Shown here: in pieces, positions 36,648-44,538 of the stretch
How the letters are laid out: each line of letters opens with the position of its first letter
Numbering within the stretch: the stretch's first letter is position 1
DNA from: Bacteroidales bacterium
GTDB lineage: Bacteria; Bacteroidota; Bacteroidia; Bacteroidales; UBA12077
DNA: 64,000 nt
Direction of reading: 5' to 3'
NCBI GenBank assembly: GCA_018334675.1
Contig: JAGXLL010000004.1
Coordinates: forward strand, 35,522 to 99,521
The notes under the pieces: generated by a model
Databases searched by the model: none
What the model was told of the DNA's origin: nothing
What the model saw: only the letters and a program-made list of their open reading frames with translations
Program-made: the position numbers and the translations under genes

Positions 36648-37328
36648 TCACTGATGCCGCTCCTCCAGAACCTTTACCACCTCCTGAAGGGAATAACCCT
36701 TGTATACCAGCATAACCAGAAGATGATATACCAGATCGGCTGCCTCATTGAAAAAAAGCTGCCGGTCTGTTCCTTTGGCCTCAATGATCAACTCTACAGC
36801 TTCCTCTCCCACTTTCTGGGCGATCTTATTGATGCCCTTCTCAAACAACCTGGCCGTATAGGATCCTTCCGGCATCTGTTGTTTGCGTTCGCGCAATACA
36901 TCCTCCAACAGATTCAGGAATCTCAGGGAGTCCTCATTTTCCTGGCTAAAACAGCTGTATCTGCCTAAATGACAAACCGGTCCGGAGGGCTCCACCTGTA
37001 TCAGCAGGCTGTCCTGATCGCAATCGGTTGCCATATCTTTCACTTCCAGATAATTGCCGCTGGTTTCCCCTTTGGTCCATAACCTTTGCCTGCTGCGGCT
37101 GTAAAAGGTAACATATCCCTTCTCCAGGGTTTTCTCATAGGCCTCACGGTTCATAAATCCCTGCATGAGTACTTTCAGAGTCTTCCAGTCCTGTATAACC
37201 ACCGGAACAAGGCCATTCAGCTTATCAAAATCGATTTCCATATTGTTTAAAATTGTTGTTGTTGCTAACATGCCGGCCCGCATCCCAACCTTTAGAGTCG
37301 GGATTTTCGGGTCGATCCGTTTGTTCAA
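36648..37328 (-). CDS. hisIE: bifunctional phosphoribosyl-AMP cyclohydrolase / phosphoribosyl-ATP pyrophosphatase
   Basis: The HisI part has GLVPVVIQD and CH.G..SCF. The HisE part has EEA.ELI.A and DL.YHL.V.L. The true start may be the internal Met at 37241. Confidence 0.9.
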   Translation of the reverse strand: MNKRIDPKIPTLKVGMRAGMLATTTILNNMEIDFDKLNGLVPVVIQDWKTLKVLMQGFMNREAYEKTLEKGYVTFYSRSRQRLWTKGETSGNYLEVKDMATDCDQDSLLIQVEPSGPVCHLGRYSCFSQENEDSLRFLNLLEDVLRERKQQMPEGSYTARLFEKGINKIAQKVGEEAVELIIEAKGTDRQLFFNEAADLVYHLLVMLVYKGYSLQEVVKVLEERHQ

Positions 37329-37331
37329 ATA

Positions 37332-38093
37332 TCAAATACGCACCTCAATACCCTGCTTACTCAGATATCTTTTCATCTCGGTAATATCAATCTCCTTATA
37401 ATGAAACACGCTGGCAGCCAGCGCTGCATCCACATCTGTGCGGCGAAAAAGTTCAGCAAAATGGTCGGTTTCTCCTGCTCCACCCGAGGCAATCACCGGG
37501 ATAGAGAGGATCCGGCTAAGCCCGTCCAGTGCATCGATGGCATAGCCCTTCTTGGCCCCGTCATGGTTCATGGACGTAAACAGGATCTCGCCGCAACCAC
37601 GCTCCTGGCCCTCGCGGGCCCAGGCAAAAAGTTCCTTCTCCGTTTCAATCCGTCCTCCATTGATGAACACCTGCCACCCTTGTTGTTCCTTCCTGGCATC
37701 AATGGCCAGGGTAACAAACTGGCTGCCGAAGTTACGGGCAATCTTATCTATCAGCTCCGGAGAACGCACTGCCGCCGAATTAACCGATATCTTGTCCGCC
37801 CCTGCTTCCAGCAGAATGCGGGCATCGTCCAGGTCAGAGACTCCTCCTCCTACCGTGAAGGGGATATTCAGATTGGCAGCAATATCCCTGACGAGCTGGG
37901 GCAGTGTTTTACGCTTTTCGTGGGATGCGGTTATATCCAGATAAACCAGTTCATCGGCACCGGCCTGAGAATACAGGCGGCCCATCTCCACCGGATCACC
38001 CACATCGCGAATATCCTCAAAACGGATGCCTTTGACGGTCTTGCCTTCTTTGACATCCAAACAGGGTATGATTCTTTTTGCTGGCATAATCAA
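37332..38093 (-). CDS. hisF: imidazole glycerol phosphate synthase, cyclase subunit
   Basis: KRIIPCLDV, GADELV.LDI, TVGGG, GADK.S.NSAA and ASGGAG motifs are present. Confidence 0.95.
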   Translation of the reverse strand: MIMPAKRIIPCLDVKEGKTVKGIRFEDIRDVGDPVEMGRLYSQAGADELVYLDITASHEKRKTLPQLVRDIAANLNIPFTVGGGVSDLDDARILLEAGADKISVNSAAVRSPELIDKIARNFGSQFVTLAIDARKEQQGWQVFINGGRIETEKELFAWAREGQERGCGEILFTSMNHDGAKKGYAIDALDGLSRILSIPVIASGGAGETDHFAELFRRTDVDAALAASVFHYKEIDITEMKRYLSKQGIEVRI

Positions 38094-38159
38094 TCAGGTT
38101 AAGATTATTTACTCATTCATTTACAATTCAACATGTTCTCCATATTATCCCATAGCTCT

Positions 38160-38897
38160 TCAGGACGGATCTCCGCCGGAGGTTAATCCAATTAACTCAT
38201 CCAGATCCAGCATCCCCTCAAAAATGGCCTTGCCCACTACGGTGGCATCAATACCTGCTTGTTCAAGCATCTTCAGATCATCGAGTGAGCTGACACCTCC
38301 GCTGGCAATGATCCTCAGATCGGGAAATTTTTCTCTCAGGCGAACATAAAACCCGCGGTCTATGCCTTGCAGCATACCATCGCGGCTGATATCGGTGCAC
38401 AGAACCTGCTGCAATCCATAGGGCAATAAAGATTCAATCAGATCATCCACATCCTGGTCGGACTCATTTTTCCAGGCATGGGTGGTTAGTTTGCCCTCCC
38501 GGATGTCGGCCGCCAGTATAAAACGCTCTCCTCCAAACTGTTCCATCCAGCTTTTAAGCAAAGCGGGTTCCTGGACGGCAAGGGAACCTATGGTTATATA
38601 ATCGGCACCTGCTTCCAGGATCGCTCTCACATCCGCCTCCTGACGAACACCACCTCCATAATCCACAGAGAGATTGGTGGCTTGGGTAATGGAACGAAGA
38701 ACAGCCGTATGCACCAGACGCTTTTTCTCAGCTCCTTCCAGATCCACCAGATGGAGGCGTTTGAACCCTTTCTTATAAAAGATCAGAGCCAGCTCCCGGG
38801 GTTCCCAGGGATAGACGGTTTTCCACTCAAAATCGCCCTGCTGTAAACGCTGACATTTGCCGTCGATCAAGTCGATGGCTGGAATGATTTCAATCAT
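38160..38897 (-). CDS. hisA: ProFAR isomerase (1-(5-phosphoribosyl)-5-[(5-phosphoribosylamino)methylideneamino]imidazole-4-carboxamide isomerase)
   Basis: The protein begins MIEIIPAIDLIDGKC and has LHLVDLEGA and GGGVR motifs. The start was set at 38897, where the ATG overlaps the hisH stop as ATGA. The track's longer N-terminus is an artefact. Confidence 0.92.
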   Translation of the reverse strand: MIEIIPAIDLIDGKCQRLQQGDFEWKTVYPWEPRELALIFYKKGFKRLHLVDLEGAEKKRLVHTAVLRSITQATNLSVDYGGGVRQEADVRAILEAGADYITIGSLAVQEPALLKSWMEQFGGERFILAADIREGKLTTHAWKNESDQDVDDLIESLLPYGLQQVLCTDISRDGMLQGIDRGFYVRLREKFPDLRIIASGGVSSLDDLKMLEQAGIDATVVGKAIFEGMLDLDELIGLTSGGDPS

Positions 38898-39475
38898 AAG
38901 GCCAAAAAATTTTTTAATATTCGTTCTCCGGTGGTGCCGCTTTTCTCGGGGTGAAACTGTACGGCATAAAAATTCTCCCGCTTGACGGCTGCGCTGAAGC
39001 CCATGCCATGCCATGATTCTGCAATACTACAGGCGTTCTCGGGAACAAAGTAACTATGTACAAAATAGACAAAGGAACCTTCGGGCACCCCTTCAAAAAT
39101 GGGCGATTTCAGTCCGGTTATTCTGCTCCATCCCATATGAGGCACTTTCATGTCCCCTCTGAAGCGCTTCACCCGAACGGGGATGATGCCCAGGCAGGAA
39201 GCATTGCGCTCCTCCGAATCCTCGCACATGAGCTGCATACCCAGGCAAATACCGAGCACAGGTTGGCTGAGTTGCACGATCAGCCGGTCCAGCCCGCGGG
39301 CTTCCAGATACTCCATTGTACTTTTGGCTTCACCTACTCCGGGGAAGATCACCTTATCCGCCTGACGGATCTTCTCATGATCACCGGTAATCTCAGGCTC
39401 TTCTCCCAGCCTTCTCAGGGCAAAATCCACGGACCGGATATTGCCGGCATTGTATTGAATGATGACGGTTTTCAT
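38894..39475 (-). CDS. hisH: imidazole glycerol phosphate synthase, glutamine amidotransferase subunit
   Basis: GNIRSV, PGVG, GICLGMQ, HMGWS and FHPEKS motifs are present. Confidence 0.95.
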   Translation of the reverse strand: MKTVIIQYNAGNIRSVDFALRRLGEEPEITGDHEKIRQADKVIFPGVGEAKSTMEYLEARGLDRLIVQLSQPVLGICLGMQLMCEDSEERNASCLGIIPVRVKRFRGDMKVPHMGWSRITGLKSPIFEGVPEGSFVYFVHSYFVPENACSIAESWHGMGFSAAVKRENFYAVQFHPEKSGTTGERILKNFLAL

Positions 39476-39478
39476 ACT

Positions 39479-40615
39479 TTAAAGTTTTCCTTTGGTGGTA
39501 GGTATAGACATATCTGTTGTATCCTGCCTCAGGGCCATTCTCAAAGCCCTGGCAAATGCTTTAAAGACGGCCTCTATCTTATGATGCTCGTTTCTGCCCC
39601 CGGCTCTCAAATGGATGTTACAGCGGGCTTCATCGGCAAAGGAACGGAAGAAATGCTCAAACATCTCGGTGGGAACATCCCCGATCTTCTCGCGGCTCCA
39701 TTCTACTTCCCAGGACAAATAGGGCCGGCCACCCAGGTCAATCAGGCAGCTGGCCTGGCTGTCATCCATGGGAACATGAAATCCATAGCGGGCCAGTCCT
39801 TTCTTATTGCCCTGTGCCTCCAGGAAAGCCTTTCCCATGGCCAACCCAACATCTTCCATGGTATGATGCTCGTCCACATAGAGGTCGCCGTTGACTTGTA
39901 TCTGCAAATCCATGCCACCATGCCGGGCTATTTGTGTCAGCATATGATCGAAAAAACCCAGGCCGGTTTTGATATGGTGCTGTCCGGTCCCATCCAGGGA
40001 AAGCTGTCCCCGAACAGAAGTCTCTTCGGTTGTTCTTTCAAACCTTACCCTACGGGAAAGGCTCCTAAGAAAAGAAAAGATGCGATCCCAGCTTAAGGTG
40101 ACAAGGATACAGGAATCCGAGAGCGCTTCCGGAACCCGGGTTTCTTCCGAAGCAAGCAATATGGCCTGAAGGCCCATATTGCGGGCCAGCTCAACATCCG
40201 ACAGCCGGTCACCAATCACCAGGGAGGCCTGCTTATCTGTTTCATCCTCCAGATAGGCTTCCACCAGTCCGGTGTTGGGCTTGCGGTTGGGTGATGGAGC
40301 TTCAGCTTTTGAATCATCGATCAAAACCGAGTCAAAATGGATGCCTTCGTTGGCCATGGACTGAAGCAGTTTGTTCTGAACCAGGTCGAATGCCGCGGTG
40401 GGATAAGAAGCAGTACCCAACCCATCCTGATTGGAAACCATCACCAGATGGTAGTCCAGCCATTGACTGATCTGATAAAGATTTCTAAAAACACCGGGCA
40501 TAAACTCCAGCTTCTCCAATGAATCGATCTGCTCATCAGCGGGCTCACGGATAAGGGTGCCATCGCGGTCAAGAAACAAATATTTACGTGCCATGGGAAT
40601 TGTATTTTTGGTCAA
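39479..40615 (-). CDS. hisB: bifunctional histidinol-phosphatase / imidazoleglycerol-phosphate dehydratase
   Basis: The N-terminal HAD domain has LFLDRDGTLI. The C-terminal IGPD domain has GDL..D.HHT.ED and G.N.HH..EA.FKA. Confidence 0.93.
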   Translation of the reverse strand: MTKNTIPMARKYLFLDRDGTLIREPADEQIDSLEKLEFMPGVFRNLYQISQWLDYHLVMVSNQDGLGTASYPTAAFDLVQNKLLQSMANEGIHFDSVLIDDSKAEAPSPNRKPNTGLVEAYLEDETDKQASLVIGDRLSDVELARNMGLQAILLASEETRVPEALSDSCILVTLSWDRIFSFLRSLSRRVRFERTTEETSVRGQLSLDGTGQHHIKTGLGFFDHMLTQIARHGGMDLQIQVNGDLYVDEHHTMEDVGLAMGKAFLEAQGNKKGLARYGFHVPMDDSQASCLIDLGGRPYLSWEVEWSREKIGDVPTEMFEHFFRSFADEARCNIHLRAGGRNEHHKIEAVFKAFARALRMALRQDTTDMSIPTTKGKL

Positions 40616-41642
40616 ATTGTTTGCATAGCTTCATCAACAGTCTGTTCTCCCCGGGCTTACCTATGGTAATGCGCACGGCCCTTTCGCAGTGGGTCAGATT
40701 GGAACGGTCCCTGATGATAACCCCTTTATTGCTGAGATAATCCATCAGCTTTCGGGGATCCTTCACCCGGACCAGCAGAAAATTGGCATCTGAGGGATGG
40801 ACCTGTTCGACAAAACTGCAGCGGTTAAGAAAAGCTTCCACCTTCTGCCTTTCTCTGCGGATCACGCGTACAATTCTGCGAACCTGGCGGAACCTGTTCA
40901 TTCTTCGCAGGGCCATTCTTTGTGTCAGCCGGTTGATGTTATAGGGATATTTAATGCTGGTAAGGATTTCAATGATCTTTGGATCGGCAAAAGCATAACC
41001 CAGACGTATACCAGCCAGGCCGGAGGCTTTTGAGAAAGTCCGAAGCAGGATCAAATTGGGGTAATTTCCCAGCAAGGACATAAATCCGGCGCTGCGGGCA
41101 AATTCCAGGTAGGCTTCATCGAGCACCACCAGACCCTCAAAATCCCTGGCCAACTCCCGCACTGTGTCCTCATTCAACAGGTTACCAGAAGGATTGTTCG
41201 GGCTACAAAGAAAAAGCAGCTTGGATTGTGCATCGGCCTGGCTGAGGATGTCAGCAGGGATGGGTTGAAAATCTTTACCCAACGGCACTTTTCTAACTTC
41301 AGCCCCATGGATATTAGCTGCCACTTCGTACATGCCATAAGTGGGCTGAGGAATGATCACATTATCCTCAGCCGGCTCAACAAAGGCCCGAATCAACAAA
41401 TCAATGATCTCATCACTACCATTGCCCAGGAAGATCCGGGCAGGCTCTGTCGATTTTTGAAGGGCAATGCGTTTTTTAAGCTCCTGTTGCAGCGGATCGG
41501 GATAACGGTTCAGGGAACGTCCGAAAGGATTCTCATTGGCATCGAGGTAAACATATCCTCCAGCCTGATGGGTCTCCCTGGCTGACTGGTAGGGCTTCAG
41601 ATCACGAATATTCTCGCGCATCAAATGTTCCAGTGGTTTCAT
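40584..41642 (-). CDS. hisC: histidinol-phosphate aminotransferase
   Basis: It is a class II aminotransferase with YPDP, NPNNPSGN-like (SPNNPSGN), VVLDEAY and RTFSKA.GLAG.R.GY (PLP lysine) motifs. Confidence 0.9.
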   Translation of the reverse strand: MKPLEHLMRENIRDLKPYQSARETHQAGGYVYLDANENPFGRSLNRYPDPLQQELKKRIALQKSTEPARIFLGNGSDEIIDLLIRAFVEPAEDNVIIPQPTYGMYEVAANIHGAEVRKVPLGKDFQPIPADILSQADAQSKLLFLCSPNNPSGNLLNEDTVRELARDFEGLVVLDEAYLEFARSAGFMSLLGNYPNLILLRTFSKASGLAGIRLGYAFADPKIIEILTSIKYPYNINRLTQRMALRRMNRFRQVRRIVRVIRRERQKVEAFLNRCSFVEQVHPSDANFLLVRVKDPRKLMDYLSNKGVIIRDRSNLTHCERAVRITIGKPGENRLLMKLCKQFDQKYNSHGT

Positions 41643-41665
41643 ATGATTATCTTTTTATTTATTAC

Positions 41666-41729
41666 GGTCATATGTAACCCCCATGCTAAAACATGTCCTT
41701 GTTGTGTAGATTACTGGATGGGGGTTTCA
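41666..41729 (+). repeat. hairpin repeat family, copy C (in the hisD-hisC intercistronic gap)
   Basis: GGTCATATGTAAC is identical to the 13-mer of copy B. The arms are AACCCCCAT (41676-41684) and ATGGGGGTT (41718-41726). The loop contains CATGTCCTTGTTGTGTA, identical to copy E. Confidence 0.8.
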
Positions 41730-43019
41730 TAGGGATGCATTTTGATCATTCAACCGGACCTCAACGGCCTTTCTATGTGCCTCCAGTCCTTCTGCCTTTG
41801 CCATCTCCATGGTGGCGCTTCCGATATCTTCCAGGGCTTTCCGGTCGGCTTTCTGAAAGGTAATCCTTTTCCTGAACGAATCGAGGTTAACCCCGCTATA
41901 AGCCTTGGCAGCTCCATTGGTGGGCAGCACGTGATTGGTCCCGGAAGAGTAATCCCCCAGACTTTCAGGTGTATAGTTTCCAATAAAAACAGAACCGGCA
42001 TTGCGCACCTCACCGGCAAGCTCATCGGCATTTTCAGTGGCCAGGATCAGGTGCTCCGGAGCATAATAATTAACCATATCCATGATCTGCCGTTGATCGG
42101 TAAGGAAGATCAACTTAGAGCTTTCCAATGACCTGCCAATGATTTCCTGCTTGGGTAGCTGCTGCATCATCTGTTCGACAGCTCTTTTGGCGCGGTCGAT
42201 CAACTGCTCATCATCGGCAATCAGGATAACCTGGCTGTCGGGTCCATGTTCGGCCTGGGAAAGCAGATCGGCAGCAATAAAACGGGGCGGTGTATTTTTA
42301 TCGGCCACCACAAGCACCTCCGAGGGACCTGCCGGAAGATCAATAGCCACACCTTCTAGTGAAACCATCTGTTTGGCCAGGGTCACAAACTGGTTGCCCG
42401 GCCCGAAAATTTTATCCACCTGCGGTATGGTTTGCGTACCATAAGCCAGGGCCGCCACAGCCTGAGCCCCTCCTATTCGGTATATGCGGTCGACTCCGCT
42501 GCGGGCGGCAGCGTAAAGGATGGCCGGGTGTACCTCCCCGTTCTCATCCGGCGGGGTAACCAACACAATATCCTTACATCCGGCTACACGTGCCGGAACA
42601 GCCATCATCATTACCGAGGAAAACAAAGGTGCAGAGCCTCCGGGGATATATATGCCGATGCGATCCATCGGAACCGCTTTCTGCCAGCATCTCAAACCAG
42701 CCTGAACATCTACCGAAATATCGCCCCCATTCTGTGCTTCATGAAACTTTCTTATGTTGGAGGCTGAGCGCTTGATCGCATCCTTTAACGCATCATCCAA
42801 TTCTTCCTCCGCTTTCTGCATGGTGGCAGGGGAAACACGAAAATCTTCCAGGTCAGCTCCGTCCAGAGCCCTGGTATATTTTCTTATGGCAAAATCCCCG
42901 TTCTTCCTGACATCATCCAATATGGTGGTGACACTTTCGCGGATCTGCTCGGGATCCTGCATCGGACGTTTCAATAATTCGTTCCAGGTCTCTTTTGCCG
43001 GGTTCTTCAAGATTTGCAT
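41727..43019 (-). CDS. hisD: histidinol dehydrogenase
   Basis: The 430-aa product has IYIPGG.AP..SS.LM, DLLSQAEH and EHL motifs, in the typical HisD layout. Confidence 0.95.
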   Translation of the reverse strand: MQILKNPAKETWNELLKRPMQDPEQIRESVTTILDDVRKNGDFAIRKYTRALDGADLEDFRVSPATMQKAEEELDDALKDAIKRSASNIRKFHEAQNGGDISVDVQAGLRCWQKAVPMDRIGIYIPGGSAPLFSSVMMMAVPARVAGCKDIVLVTPPDENGEVHPAILYAAARSGVDRIYRIGGAQAVAALAYGTQTIPQVDKIFGPGNQFVTLAKQMVSLEGVAIDLPAGPSEVLVVADKNTPPRFIAADLLSQAEHGPDSQVILIADDEQLIDRAKRAVEQMMQQLPKQEIIGRSLESSKLIFLTDQRQIMDMVNYYAPEHLILATENADELAGEVRNAGSVFIGNYTPESLGDYSSGTNHVLPTNGAAKAYSGVNLDSFRKRITFQKADRKALEDIGSATMEMAKAEGLEAHRKAVEVRLNDQNASL

Positions 43020-43036
43020 AGCTTTTTATTCATTCG

Positions 43037-43894
43037 TTAAACAATCATCTTTTCTATGGGCACCACTAAAATACCTTGTGCTCCTTTATCTTTCAGGCCA
43101 TCAATGACGTCCCAGAAGTCATTCTCATTCAGCACCGAATGCACCGAGCTCCATCCCGGATCGGCCAGGGGCATGACTGTGGGGCTTTTCATCCCGGGAA
43201 TCAGTGAAGTGATCTCTTCTAAACGATCGTTGGGTGCATTCAAAAGTATATATTTGTTGTTGCGGGCTTTCTTCACGGCCCGGATCCGAAAAAGCAGCCT
43301 GGACAACAGCTCTTCCTGTTCTTTGCCCAGCCCGGGCTGGGCAATCAATACGGCCTGAGAATCCATCACCGTTTCCACTTCACGCAACCCATTGCTTATA
43401 AGAGTACTGCCCGTGCTCACAATATCAAAAATTCCGTCCGACAAACCAATTCCGGGGGCTATCTCAACGGAACCGCTGATCTCGTGGATATCGGCCTCAA
43501 TACCTTGTTGTTCGAAAAAATTTTTGAGAATGGTGGGATAGGAAGTGGCAATTTTTTTGCCTTGCAGGTCGGCGGGAGTTTTGTAGGGAGTGGATTTGGG
43601 AACGGCAAGGGAAAGCCGGCAACGTGCGAATCCCAATTCTTCCCTGGTATCGACTCCGGCCTGTTCCTCGGCCACTACATTTTCCCCTACAATGCCGATA
43701 TCGGCTACCCCATCTGCGACATATCGCGGGATATCATCATCCCTGAGATACATCACTTCCAAGGGGAAATTGGAAGATCGGGAGAGCAGTTTGCGGGAAC
43801 CATTGGTCAGTCCGATCCCGCATTCCCGGATCAGCTCAATCGACTTATCGCTGAGCCGTCCGGATTTTTGGAGTGCAATTTTTAGTTTGGTCAT
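43037..43894 (-). CDS. hisG: ATP phosphoribosyltransferase, long form
   Basis: The protein begins MTKLKIALQKSGRL and has D..D.GI.G motifs. The 285-aa length includes the C-terminal regulatory domain. Confidence 0.93.
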   Translation of the reverse strand: MTKLKIALQKSGRLSDKSIELIRECGIGLTNGSRKLLSRSSNFPLEVMYLRDDDIPRYVADGVADIGIVGENVVAEEQAGVDTREELGFARCRLSLAVPKSTPYKTPADLQGKKIATSYPTILKNFFEQQGIEADIHEISGSVEIAPGIGLSDGIFDIVSTGSTLISNGLREVETVMDSQAVLIAQPGLGKEQEELLSRLLFRIRAVKKARNNKYILLNAPNDRLEEITSLIPGMKSPTVMPLADPGWSSVHSVLNENDFWDVIDGLKDKGAQGILVVPIEKMIV

Positions 43895-43930
43895 AGAGCA
43901 ATCTTAATTATTTAAAAACGTTTTGTCTTT

Positions 43931-43983
43931 TCCCTTTCCCAGCGCTTAGCGATTCAAAGGGAACGCTCAGCGCTGAGAAAGGG
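43931..43983 (-). promoter_or_regulatory. long hairpin between the attenuator terminator and the hisG start codon
   Basis: The minus strand reads CCCTTTCTCAGCGCT(G)AGCG-loop-CGCT(A)AGCGCTGGGAAAGGG. The outer 15 positions pair perfectly only on the minus (mRNA) strand, where the odd position is a U.G wobble. On the + strand that position is a C/A mismatch. Confidence 0.55.
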
Positions 43984-43992
43984 ATGGCACAC

Positions 43993-44023
43993 AAAAAAGG
44001 CCCGCGGAAGTCCGCGGGCCTTT
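43993..44023 (-). terminator. attenuator terminator 2 of the his leader
   Basis: The minus strand reads AAAGGCCCGCGGACTTCCGCGGGCCTTTTTTGTG. This is a perfect GC-rich stem (GGCCCGCG/CGCGGGCC) followed by a U6 tract, 21 nt after the leader-2 stop. Confidence 0.78.
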
Positions 44024-44044
44024 GTATTAGTAGTTAATTACAGG

Positions 44045-44134
44045 TTAATACATACCGCATCCCTTCCGCATCATTAAGGAGTTACCATGATGATGATGGT
44101 GGTGATGGACAGTATGTATGGTATTTTGAATCAT
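44045..44134 (-). CDS. his operon leader peptide 2 (29 aa, seven consecutive His codons)
   Basis: The minus strand reads ATG ATT CAA AAT ACC ATA CAT ACT GTC CAT CAC CAC CAT CAT CAT CAT GGT ... TAA. This encodes MIQNTIHTVHHHHHHHGNSLMMRKGCGMY. It is the 3' part of the 80-aa track ORF 44045..44287. Confidence 0.72.
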   Translation of the reverse strand: MIQNTIHTVHHHHHHHGNSLMMRKGCGMY

Positions 44135-44154
44135 GTTGTTGGTTTTGTTTTGAA

Positions 44155-44186
44155 ATAAAAAAGGCCCGCAAAAATTTGCAGGCCCC
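44155..44186 (-). terminator. attenuator terminator 1 of the his leader
   Basis: The minus strand reads GGGGCCTGCAAATTTTTGCGGGCCTTTTTTATTT. This is an 8-bp stem (one G.U pair) followed by a U6 tract, and it lies between the two His-rich mini-ORFs. Confidence 0.62.
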
Positions 44187-44214
44187 GTTTGTATTTTTCT
44201 GAAAAATTTTTGCA

Positions 44215-44259
44215 TTACAAAACAGGGCCATGTTTGCGATGGCTGTGATGATGACTCAT
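44215..44259 (-). CDS. candidate his leader peptide 1 (14 aa, 5 His)
   Basis: The minus strand reads ATG AGT CAT CAT CAC AGC CAT CGC AAA CAT GGC CCT GTT TTG TAA, encoding MSHHHSHRKHGPVL. It begins 28 nt after the -7 box. Confidence 0.5.
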   Translation of the reverse strand: MSHHHSHRKHGPVL

Positions 44260-44286
44260 ATGGATTGGATTGTTTTTCATCAGGCA

Positions 44287-44317
44287 CAAATATACATCAT
44301 TTTTTCAATTTAACAAC
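44287..44317 (-). promoter_or_regulatory. Bacteroidota-type promoter candidate for the his operon, TTG-N19-TATATTTG
   Basis: The minus strand reads GTTGTTAAATTGAAAAAATGATGTATATTTGTG. The -7 box is identical to the one at 24607-24614. It lies downstream of the terminator of the preceding giant gene. Confidence 0.45.
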
Positions 44318-44422
44318 TATGGTGTACAAACATTTTCGAAAAGAGAATGTTCACCCCAGGTAAAAATTCATTGGAATAGATGCCCTAAGCGCTCTTGAGG
44401 AACGGTTAACGCTGTTATTGCG

Positions 44423-44458
44423 AAAAAACCGGCCCGCCAGAGATATCCGACAGGCCGG
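44423..44458 (-). terminator. rho-independent terminator of the giant PKD-repeat gene
   Basis: The minus strand reads CCGGCCTGTC-loop-GGCGGGCCGG TTTTTT. This is a 10-bp stem with two G.U pairs, about 80 nt after the stop at 44539. Confidence 0.65.
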
Positions 44459-44538
44459 CAGGGATGAAGGCCTCATGCAGGGAGATCGTTTCTTACAGAG
44501 CACAGCAGCTCATATCAACACCATATTCGTTACTCCCT

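Noticed and set aside
37401-40096. Antisense + strand ORFs across hisF, hisH and hisB (37401..38102, 39056..40096 and others)
   Set aside because: The his genes on the minus strand are unambiguous and contiguous. The + strand ORFs are shadows of GC-rich third-codon positions.
44045-44287. 80-aa track ORF upstream of hisG, taken as a real protein
   Set aside because: Only its last 29 codons, from the internal ATG at 44134, make sense, as a His7 leader peptide. The upstream part runs through a terminator hairpin and overlaps, in another frame, the first His-rich mini-ORF.
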